From Peribolospora baueri (Eukaryota): DNA of 64,000 bases. This document shows positions 12,310-21,515 of this stretch, one piece after another. The stretch covers positions 62,001-126,000 of the forward strand of contig JAMDHS010000051.1 in assembly GCA_029717555.1 (NCBI GenBank), given 5' to 3'. The notes below the pieces were generated by a model. The model did not search any database. It saw only the letters and a list, made by a program, of their open reading frames with translations, and was not told where the DNA came from. Positions within the stretch are counted from its first letter, which is position 1. Every line of letters begins with the position of its first letter. Position numbers and translations under genes: made by a program.

Positions 12310-13574
12310 CCCGAATGCCCTGGAGGCCCTCCGTGTGTGGAGCCTGGATAGTCAGGTCGGGGCATTCCTGAGCCCTCCATCTTGTCTGCCGAAACCCATC
12401 CGGATGCACCCAACTCGGTCTCGACCTTCTTGCGACGCATCTCCTCTGCGATGTTGGAGATGCGCACCCAAAGCATACCGATAGGCGTCGGGCGGTCTCC
12501 AGACTTGTCGTATACAGTAAGCTCGATCTCGTTGGCCTTGTCGATGTCGATCGAAAATGACTCGTCGAGCCATCTATCGTTCCGACTAGCCTTGGTTCTG
12601 GCCTTGACCGCATCTTCCACTTTGACGATGACAAAGGTCTCCGGGCCTCGGGAGAATCGTGAACTTGCGGCGTGGTCGACATCTTTCACGGCATGGATTC
12701 GCATGGTTAAGAGACCGGTTAGCGGCTTGCGCATGTTCGGACTGCTGAGCGATTCGTCTATTTGGGGGTCAGTTACTCGTGGTTATACCATTCGACATGA
12801 CATCCATACCATCCGGCGCATCAGTAGACTCAATGTCGACGTGGAGATCCTCATATCGCTTGAGAGCCTGCTTCAGGAGCTGGATCTTCTGGTTACTCTC
12901 GATGCGACGGCCCTCGGCATCCGCACGGCTCTTCCTGTCGCCTTCATCCTGATACAAGCGAACCATCTTCTCAATACCAGCCTTGTATTGTTTCTCGACG
13001 CTCAGCTTGAACTCGAGCTGGGACAGCATGAGCTGAATCTTGGGGCCGAGGTAGGGCGTGTCATATTTGATCAAATCTGCAATTCAGCCAGTCATGTTAG
13101 CAAATAACCCCTTCTCCATAATTTCCATGGAATGCAGGTAAATAACGCACCCAACTTTGTATAATTCGGCCTCGCCTTGGGGATAGGAGCATAAGGCCGC
13201 GGATCCGAGTATGGCGCGCCAGAAGGCATACTGCCCGTGCTTCCCTGAGGGTACCCATAGCCATCGCCGTATTTCCCACCGGCACCGGGATAGTCCTTCG
13301 GGGGCGGCGCGGGAGCGTTCCCACCGGCACCGGGCCCGCGGCGCTGGCCTGTAGGCGAGCCGCCACCTTCCTGTTCCATGCGACGGATCTGCGGCTCCTG
13401 CATCTTCTCCTCGAGGTAGGCAATATTTTTCCAGCCATCGCGGATGTTCGCGTCGACTCGCTGCTGCACGAGCGGGTTGTCGGTCGACTGCCGCATGTTG
13501 CTCGCCGCGGCGATCAGGGCCTTCTCCCGCTCGATCTTTTTATAGACCGCGGCAATAGGGTCGTCGCTGTCCAT
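12310..13574 (-). pseudogene. pkcA: 5' portion of fungal protein kinase C (HR1a, HR1b, C2); no C1 or kinase domain; Aspergillus-type sequence
   Basis: Three exons: [104 protein letters not shown]...[13 protein letters not shown]. Similarity ends near 12310 and the frame stops at 12270. Confidence 0.9.
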
Positions 13575-14340
13575 GGTGGTGGTGGTGTTGTTTTTTTGGG
13601 GTGGTGGTGGTGAGGGTAGGAAGGGATGTGGTTGAAGCGAAAGTGGTTATCGCGGAGTCTGTGTTTCTCCGTCTCTCGCTCGTGTTGTTGACAGTGTGGA
13701 GGGGGAAAAGGTGAGACACCCGGGAAACTTTCGAGGGAGTGGGCAGGCGGTGGTGGGAGTGTGGGATCCAAGTGTTTCAGGCGTCAAGGGCGCCGTTACC
13801 GCCTGGCAGATGAGATCATCAGCGATGGAGATGAAGATGATGGAGAGAAAAAGAGAGAGGGAAGAAGAGAAGAGAAGAGAGAGAGAAAGGGAGGGGGAAG
13901 TGTAGTGTGGCCTGGCTATCGATAAGCCCCGACACGAAAACACAAAGTCACCGACAACTAAACTGAACTCGCGAGGATATCCCTTGCCGCGTGCATGGAG
14001 GGGTGGTCTTGTAGGATCTCCAGATATCTAGCCGAGTCTAGCAGTGCTGTGCATTCTTGATGCGAGCGAACAGTCTGTTGAGATACTACGGACTCAATAC
14101 GACACTCGGTGGGTAACTAAACACACCTCGACTCGTGATGTCACCAAGGCTAGACCCGACAATGCCATTATATTCATGATTGTTGGCTAGGGACTATGGA
14201 GTAATTCGATTTACCGGACAGACCTACATGCAGAGACCCTGAATGCCATATGCGAGCCTGCCCTCACCTAACTATGCCCACAACATATTGTACCGAAAGG
14301 GTATGTTGGCGAGCGACACGACAACCACCACAACCACCCC

Positions 14341-15825
14341 TTACTCGGATCGCTTGGAAATCTTTGGCAGCAGAAGCCAACTGGTAGCCATCACTCCGTA
14401 CAATCCAATACAGATCGGGTGCAGGACCATAGTGCCCACATTCTGCGCCAGCAGACCCGTCAAGAATGGCGACACGGCACCGCCGCTGCTGCCGAGGGCG
14501 CTGACAAAGCTCAGGCTGGACATGTGCATGCTCCGGGGGAGCAGCTTAGTAAAAACCGTCGTGGCGCAGGGATAGACGGGCCCCAGGAGCAGGCCGAGGA
14601 TGGCGACGGAGACGGCATCGCCGATCACGTTGGGGATGAGCCAGGCCATCAGCTGGAAGGCGACGGCGGCAGCCACCATGATCACGACGGCGATCTTCTC
14701 GCCAATTTTGTGTGCCGGGTGCGTCAACACGAACCGGCCGGCCGTGATGCCTGCCCAGAAACCCGCGCTCACGTAGCCGACGTGCTTCGGGTCGCCGTGG
14801 CGGTAGCTGATTAGGAAGGAAACGACCCAGCCGGAGACGGAGACCTCGGCGCCTTGGTAGGCGAAGATGAATAGCGCCCCGAGCAGCGTGGTGCCGTTCT
14901 TGATGGATTTCAGGACGACCTGCAGCCGAGTCAGAGGCTCGCCATTGGCACCTTCGGGACGGGAGGCTGTGGGCTGAAGTGCCATCTGCGGCTCGATTGG
15001 GGTGTCTTCTTCGTAGTTGTAGAATGACCACGCGGAAAAGAGCAGATTGACTGCGGCGATGGCCAGGGCGATACCGTAGAAGAACGACCAGCGAATCCCG
15101 CTCGACACCATGGCCGTTGCAAACAACGGCGCCACGGTGCCTCCAATCCCATAGGAGCCATGCATACACCCCAGTGCCGTAGTGAAATTAGAGAGATTGG
15201 CACAGAAGACATTGCTGAGAGCCAGGTTGAAGGCCTGGCCGAAGCCCAACAAGAGGAAACTGGCCACCACTGCAGGGAAGGGCGGCTGGCAGACGATAAT
15301 CACGTATGCAGTCACGGAAAGGGACAGAGCCAGCGCATAACTTCGCGAGCGGCCGAGTTTGCTCTCGATGGTGTGTGTGAGCGGTGCGGCGAGGATAAAG
15401 CCTAGGGCATTGGTCACGAAGATGAGCGCGACCACGGCATATCCGATGCTGTAGTGCCGTTCCATGTATGGAATCAGAGCACCGGGGGCACTGTCATTCA
15501 TGCCATTCCCGAACTGGACCAGACAGCAGCTCAGTAGCCGCCATTTGGTCTTTGGTGGCGGTGCAGTGCGGTCAGCAGCAAATGTGGTGGTTGTATCTTC
15601 GTCTTGGATGGGTGTTGGTAGACGGTTCTCCAGCACGCTGGGAGTTGGCGTCGAAGACGACTGTTCTTGAGTCACTCGTGCGGAAGTGTTTGGTTGAAGT
15701 TCATTCAACTCATAGTCTGATGGCGCTGGGGCAGCACCTTCCTTGTCCTTGCGTACTGCAGCTGGTGGACTGGCCAGTTGGGCAGAGCTCTCGATTTCGA
15801 AGAGGGTGCCGAGAGAGGCGGCCAT
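14341..15825 (-). CDS. Major facilitator superfamily transporter (Bsc6-like), intronless, 494 aa
   Basis: About 12 hydrophobic segments, with motifs NDSAPGALIPYME, HGSYGIGGTVAP, YQGAEVSVSGW and GFWAGITAGR. Confidence 0.88.
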   Translation of the reverse strand: MAASLGTLFEIESSAQLASPPAAVRKDKEGAAPAPSDYELNELQPNTSARVTQEQSSSTPTPSVLENRLPTPIQDEDTTTTFAADRTAPPPKTKWRLLSCCLVQFGNGMNDSAPGALIPYMERHYSIGYAVVALIFVTNALGFILAAPLTHTIESKLGRSRSYALALSLSVTAYVIIVCQPPFPAVVASFLLLGFGQAFNLALSNVFCANLSNFTTALGCMHGSYGIGGTVAPLFATAMVSSGIRWSFFYGIALAIAAVNLLFSAWSFYNYEEDTPIEPQMALQPTASRPEGANGEPLTRLQVVLKSIKNGTTLLGALFIFAYQGAEVSVSGWVVSFLISYRHGDPKHVGYVSAGFWAGITAGRFVLTHPAHKIGEKIAVVIMVAAAVAFQLMAWLIPNVIGDAVSVAILGLLLGPVYPCATTVFTKLLPRSMHMSSLSFVSALGSSGGAVSPFLTGLLAQNVGTMVLHPICIGLYGVMATSWLLLPKISKRSE

Positions 15826-16021
15826 TCTGTCGAAATATATGTTTCTGGATTGATGTTGAAGTTCATTTCTAGACAGGAATCCAGATTCCGAGCCCTAATT
15901 CATGGTTTGTCGTCGATCTGGGGATTCCTTTTGCCCCACCGATCTACGGATTTTTTTTTCTTCCATTATTATTTTACTATCCACGATATTCTTTACGACA
16001 TTATTCTCGATATTATTCACG

Positions 16022-16516
16022 ATGGGCCCCCCGCGTCGCAAAGTGCTAGCCACAGCTGAAGAAACCCTCACACCCCCAGACTCCCTAGCCACCAACCAGC
16101 AGATCGCGCGCGCGATCAAGGCAACCGGCAACAACATCTACCTAGTCGAGCAGCCCTGCAAAACACAGTGTCTTGTGGAGCTGCCCGGGCGCTTCCGGTC
16201 AACCATCTGGATCAAACGCGGCTCGTACGTCGTGATCGATACCACGGCGCAGGATGAGCGCGACAACAAGATTGGCGGGGAGATTGTGAATATTGTGCGC
16301 GATGAGAAGGCGTGGCGGAAGGCGGCTTTTTGGTATTCCCTCCCCCCTTCCATTCAATTCAATTTCTTGTGGAGGATCATATATTGACAAATATTTGTCT
16401 TTTTCAGGCCGAAGGAGTTTGTGAAGCAGCCCGTCGTCGCTGCAATTGACTCGGACGATGAAGACGAATCGCGAGTCGGCCAGATGCCGCCCTCTGACGA
16501 TGAGTCGGATGCGTGA
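16022..16516 (+). CDS. eIF1A/S1-domain RNA-binding protein (EIF1AD-like), 2 exons
   Basis: GNNIYLVE...LVELPGRFRSTIWIKRGSYVVID...KIGGEIVNIV...W|PKEF, with a GT-AG intron at ~16333-16407 and an acidic tail MPPSDDESDA. Confidence 0.88.
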
Positions 16517-16586
16517 ATCTAATATCTACGGATATGTTTCACCAGAGCAACGGTTTGAGATGTCTGGAATATGCCACTGGGTTTTT

Positions 16587-17940
16587 TTATTGGATGCGCT
16601 CTTTCCGAGGACCACTATTATCTACCTCGCTCGACCCATTCAACCACACCCCCAACACCTGGACACCGAGCGACAACACTACAACCGCCGAACTCGCGTT
16701 GCTGCTGGGGTAAACATTCCAAGCCCACTCCTGCAGTGCCCAGACGACATACACAAGAACCGGGTGGAGGCCTGTCCGCCAAAGCAGAAACGGGGTGGCC
16801 CATGACAAATAGGCGAAGAACTGGTAGTGCAGGGACCGGGCACAGAGCAAGCCGATGGCTAGCGAGCTCAGTGTGACGGTCATAATGAAGGATTTGGAGA
16901 GGGCGATTGGTTGCTGGCGGCCTTGGAGAAGGCCCTGCGCCCAGCGGAACACATTATTGGTGCCGGAGGGTCTTACCCAGGTGGCGGAGAAGATAGCCAG
17001 CAGGGAGACGTGGAGGACCAGCAAGGCTAGAGAGAATTCTTTCGAGAGAAATGTGTCTTCGCCGACGAATCGCCAATTCACCGTCCATTTGAACAAGAAT
17101 TGTCTGGAGAGCTCGAACGCGCGCGAGAGATAGCCTGTAGGATTGGCTTGGAGGAATGGCACCGCGAGCAGGACCTGCAATAATGCCTCATCAGTCATTT
17201 GTACACCTAGACATATTTCCGCACTACACCAACCTGGATCAGAACTGCCATAGTCCCCAACGCGACACTGCGCGTCAACCCCAGACTGAGCAGCGTGAGG
17301 ACCGCAATAGCTGGCACGAGCAGAACCAGCGTCATCTTGACCGCCACGCCGGCAGACCACACCGCAACGCCAGCGGTCCACTTGCGCTTCTGACAGAGAT
17401 AGATAGCCAACCACATAGCGAACGCGGCGACACCATCATTGAACAAGCGCAGCACGAAGATGCTGTGCAGGCGTTTGGACAGGACGAGCAGCGGGAACAG
17501 GTACGGCGGCGCACCGGAGTGTCTGTAGCAACCCAACACGACGACCAGAGTCGCCAGATACAGCCCCGCGAACAGAATCTGGCCAACCAGGATATCGCGC
17601 CCTTCATCGGTGAGATGGTAGAGGAGCGTGTAGATGTAGACGTGGGCGGCGGGGTAGACGAGTGGGCCGGTCGAGCCTTTGATCAGGGTGTAGTCGCGTT
17701 CTCCAGAGATGTAGAGCGAGACCTGCTGCATGTAGGTTGTCCAGTCAATCTCGGTGTCTAGAGTGCTGTGGTCAGTTTGGTTGAACGGGACATTTGTTGT
17801 TGTCGAGATGCGGGCTCACAGGAGATCTTCCAGATGACCAGCGCGCACAGGGCTGCATCGCCGAGGAGCAGCAGAGGGGCCATCCATTTTGTATGTCGTG
17901 GATTGGTGAGGATGTCGACTAGGAGGTCGGGCAGGGCCAT
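16587..17940 (-). CDS. ALG3: Dol-P-Man:Man5GlcNAc2-PP-Dol alpha-1,3-mannosyltransferase, 3 exons
   Basis: [66 protein letters not shown] and EWAWNVYPS. Confidence 0.95.
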
Positions 17941-18194
17941 GGCGAGGTGGCTAGAGGGAGGTATATGAGGTCCCGCCCCCTCACATCTCCTTTAGTATAG
18001 GTTACGTAAGATCCTTAGTCGCCATTGGTTGACGTGAAGTATGAAAGGGCGGAGTTAGAACTACCTTACAAGTCAGGACCTCCTAGGGAGTGGACATGAA
18101 TATATAATATAATAATAACCATAATCATAATAAACACTGCTGATCCGGCCAACCCCGCGGATCCCGCTGAGGTACGATCTCTATCTTGTGTCAT

Positions 18195-18375
18195 CTCGGC
18201 GTTGAGCAGGTACTGCCTTGCTTCCCTCGTGGAATAGGTTTTGGCGCATTACTCGCACTTGAACTTCTGGTCTAGCAAAGGGGTGCCTTTGCAGATCTTT
18301 CGGTGTCTAGTTAGGGCAGCAAACCAGAGTGATGTGTATGGGCATTGTCCATTGCCACAGTGAAAGACAAATTGG
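18195..18375 (-). pseudogene. Degenerate tandem zinc-finger (C2H2/C2HC-type) coding fragment
   Basis: Manual translation FHCGNGQCPYTSLWFAALTRHRKICKG...KFKCE*CAKTYSTREARQY has an in-frame TAA inside the second CxxC. Confidence 0.5.
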
Positions 18376-18891
18376 GTCGATGCGTCCTTACTCGTACCCT
18401 CGAGTGCAGCGCTATTCTTGAGCAAATTTGAATTCCACCCACAGGGATCCTTGGATAGACGCGGATTGGTGGGATGGAATCCACAGGCCCAAATCGAGAC
18501 AAGGGGCTGAAATGGAAGAGAACTAGACAGATGGAAGATCCCACTGCTGGCAGCCGTATCGGGACCAGGCTGGCAGTGGTTTGACGGATGAAAACAGTGA
18601 TACTATTCAGAAAGTGATGGGAATTGATCCAGTTGAATTGGTAATGAGGATGGATGCTAAAACGACGTCAATGTTTACTACAAAGGGTAACGATTTCAAA
18701 GGAAAACGAGTACAACAATATCATCACTACAAAGCGATAGCGTTTACGAGACTCGTGGAAACGAACAAACCGTGAGCTTTACAAGATTTCGCGTGAAGGA
18801 GTAATACAAACAATGCCGCCAACTGCAGTTGCTCCGCCAACTCCGCCAAAACCCGCATATCATCGCACTCACAACGATAGTAAATAAGTCG

Positions 18892-18988
18892 GACCCTATA
18901 GCTCAGTTGGTAGAGCGTACGACTCCAGATTGCGCCTCGGATTCAGGAGTGCATCGTAAGGTCATCCGTTCAAGTCGGGTTGGGGTCA
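18892..18988 (+). tRNA. tRNA-Trp(CCA) with a 24-nt intron (18929-18952)
   Basis: Cloverleaf: GACCCTA/TGGGGTC acceptor, GCTC-AGTTGGTA-GAGC D arm, TACGA-CTCCAG^A-TCGTA anticodon arm, ATCCG-TTCAAGT-CGGGT T arm. A T-run terminator follows. Confidence 0.93.
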
Positions 18989-19070
18989 TTTTTTCTTCTT
19001 TTTTTCTTTCCTCCAAGCTGAAGAGGGAACGAGGGACTGGTGCTGCGGTCACCTAATTCTTTTGTCACGT

Positions 19071-19167
19071 GACCCTATAGCTCAGTTGGTAGAGCGTACG
19101 ACTCCAGATTCCGCCTCGGATTCAGGAGTGCATCGTAAGGTCATCTGTTCAAGTCGGGTTGGGGTCA
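19071..19167 (+). tRNA. tRNA-Trp(CCA), second tandem copy with intron
   Basis: Near-identical to 18892-18988, with one intron change and one T-stem C>T (ATCTG). Repeat unit is 179 bp including the 3' flank. Confidence 0.88.
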
Positions 19168-19300
19168 TTTTTTTTTCTTTTTTCCTTTCCTCCAAGCTGA
19201 AGAGAGGGAACGAGGGACTGGCGCTGCGGTCACCTAATTCTTTTGTCACGTGCAAAGCTGCTGTAATCATCACGTATGGAAGCGCCACTATTGTCACTCG

Positions 19301-19330
19301 TCCGTTCAAGTCGGGCTGGGGTCATTTTTT
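19301..19330 (+). pseudogene. 3' fragment of a third tRNA-Trp copy (T arm, acceptor strand, terminator)
   Basis: TCCGTTCAAGTCGGGCTGGGGTCATTTTTT. Confidence 0.75.
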
Positions 19331-19399
19331 TCTGCGCCTTTTTTTTTCCCTGCCGAAGGCTCGTTGTCGCCATAATAGTAGCTGGTCTTATCGTTCATT

Positions 19400-20330
19400 T
19401 ATACGCGTTGATCTCCCCGCCCGTTCTCGCCTTCCCTGACTGGACTCGGCCCTTTATCTCATACGTCGACTCCTCCCTCACCGGAGTCGCCATCGTCCTC
19501 CACCAAGCTTTCCCGAACCCTCGACGCGCCGACGCACAAGCCCTTCCCGTCTTTTCCGTCGACGGCGCCGCAGCACGCCGACGAAGACATACGCCCGTGT
19601 GAAAAACGTCAACGACTTCTCCCTATCCGACGATGGCCTCCTGTGCCACTTCGACCCCCTCGAAGGAGAGCCAAATTTTTCCACCCTCGCCTTTCCGACC
19701 TCGTCCGTCAGTACCTGGCCCATTGCCCGACGTGACGTGCCTCCGGATCAAGGTCCCCCGGCGACTTCCGCCCGGCGCGCATCATCACTGATAAGGGCTC
19801 CTTCTTCATGAGTGTCTTCTTCACTTAGGTGATGAAACGCCTGGGCACGGAGATTCCCCGACGTCCCTGCATCATCAACAGGCTGATCCCGCCGAGCGGC
19901 ACATCCAGACGGCCGAGGCAGTTCTGCGCGGATTCGCTTCAGACTACCCGCGCCTCTGGTCCTCTTTTCTTCCCCTCGCCGAGCTCGCTATCAACTCGCT
20001 ATTAACTCATCCGTCAACACCGGTCGGTCCCCTTTCGACCTGCTCTACACGACACACTCCGCCCTCGAGGATCATGTCCTCCACACTGCTGATGGTGTCA
20101 GGAAGAGCCAGGGCAGCGCGAGGTGGAGTGTGTCGTGTAGAGCAGGTCGAAAGGGGACCGATCGGTGGCCTCGTTGACGGCGGGATTCATCGCGAGCTCA
20201 GCGAGGGGAATGAAAGATGACCAAGAAAGATGACAGCCGTCTTCAAGGAGGTCGTCCATGCTCGAGGCCCGGGACACGATCGACTCGGAGGCCATCCGCA
20301 ACCAAACCGCGCTGACGTGCAACTGCCAAC
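19400..20330 (+). mobile_element. Degenerate Ty3/gypsy pol remnant (RNase H and integrase pieces) with an inverted integrase segment
   Basis: PVLAFPDWTRPFISYVDSSLTGVAIVLHQ; IITDKGSFFMSVFFT*VMKRLG; HHQQADPAERHIQT; PLAELAINS...SPFDLLY, the last also present inverted at ~20120-20225. Confidence 0.82.
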
Positions 20331-21515
20331 ACGACGACCTGATCCAGACCGTCGGCCTTGAGTTCCGTCAGCTTCTCGAGTCGAGGCCCAGATCGGTGCA
20401 ACCTTTCTTCGACTTTGTCGACAACGACATTTGGCGTCGGTTCCTCGGCGAGGGCTCGGCCGAAGCGCGTTCCAGATCGTCAAGCTCTTCTTCGACGACC
20501 TCCTCGGCCTCAAAGTCCTTCACACCGTCGCCCTCTCCATCAGCTCCATCTCTGCCTTCGTCTATCACCAAGACGCGGTCATCCCACGACCGACGAGGAC
20601 ATCTTCTCTCTGCCCTCCGCCGCTCCCTTCCAGTTCCTTTTCATGTGTCCAGGCCGACGCATCTCGTCCCCCTTTCGCTCAGACTTCGCCTCTTTCTCTT
20701 TATATTTCTCCCTCACCCTCTGTTTCCGTCCATTTCATTTTCATGCGTCCGGGTCGACGCATCTTTTAAGGGGGAGGATGCCACGGTACCTTGCCCAGAT
20801 CACCATGGAATCCAGCCTTCTGCCACCATCTTCACCTGAAGTATCCTTACACTGGGGGTTGTTTACGGCCTTGCGCCTCTTCCCTCGGTCTTCCTCTACA
20901 TGTTGAAGCATGCCCTATGGTGATCATGACTATAAAAAAAATTGCTCGCCAAGCTCCGTATGTTAGAATCTAAGATCTTTCTCGAGCACACGTCTGGAAC
21001 GTACACGTGAGCGCTGATTTCCGAAAGATGATGACCGCATTTGGTACAGCTATCGGCTCTAGTATCGTTAAGCGACAGGCACATGGAAGCCCTTGCCCCG
21101 ACGACTCCCCGATGGACAAATAACTTGGACACCCCGACGCGCGACGAAGGGACGCTGTTCCTCCGACCCGATCGAGAACACAATGCCTCGCGTGAGCAAA
21201 GTCGAGACCTTCTCGATCCAAGGTGAACACTGCAAAGACAAGACAAGGTCTCTGTTACGGAAGGAGCGAGGGAAGGAGGTGCGTGCGCGCCCGGTCACGT
21301 CGTTGCTTCGTTTCGCTGACTCCAGGATCGTCGGTCTTCCGTTCGAGTCCGGTCGGGGTCATTAATTTTGTATTCTTTTTTGCCTGCATCCGGCCCTCGA
21401 TCACCCGTGCCTGCACTTCTCCCCCGTCCTCCAATCCGTTCGCCTCCCGTCCTCACCCTCTCGAATGCCTCTGCTCAGCAATGAGCTAACGCCCACGCTC
21501 CCTCCGACACCCGCC

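Noticed and set aside
12261..18080. 8-bp direct repeat TCAGGACC at 12261 and 18073 as a target-site duplication of the foreign block
   Set aside because: It is short, found post hoc, and ~45 bp from the apparent PKC breakpoint. No terminal inverted repeats or transposase/recombinase gene are visible.
19301..19324. tRNA 3' fragment as a retrotransposon primer-binding site
   Set aside because: It ends in the genomic T-run rather than CCA, so it derives from the tRNA gene and not from mature tRNA priming.
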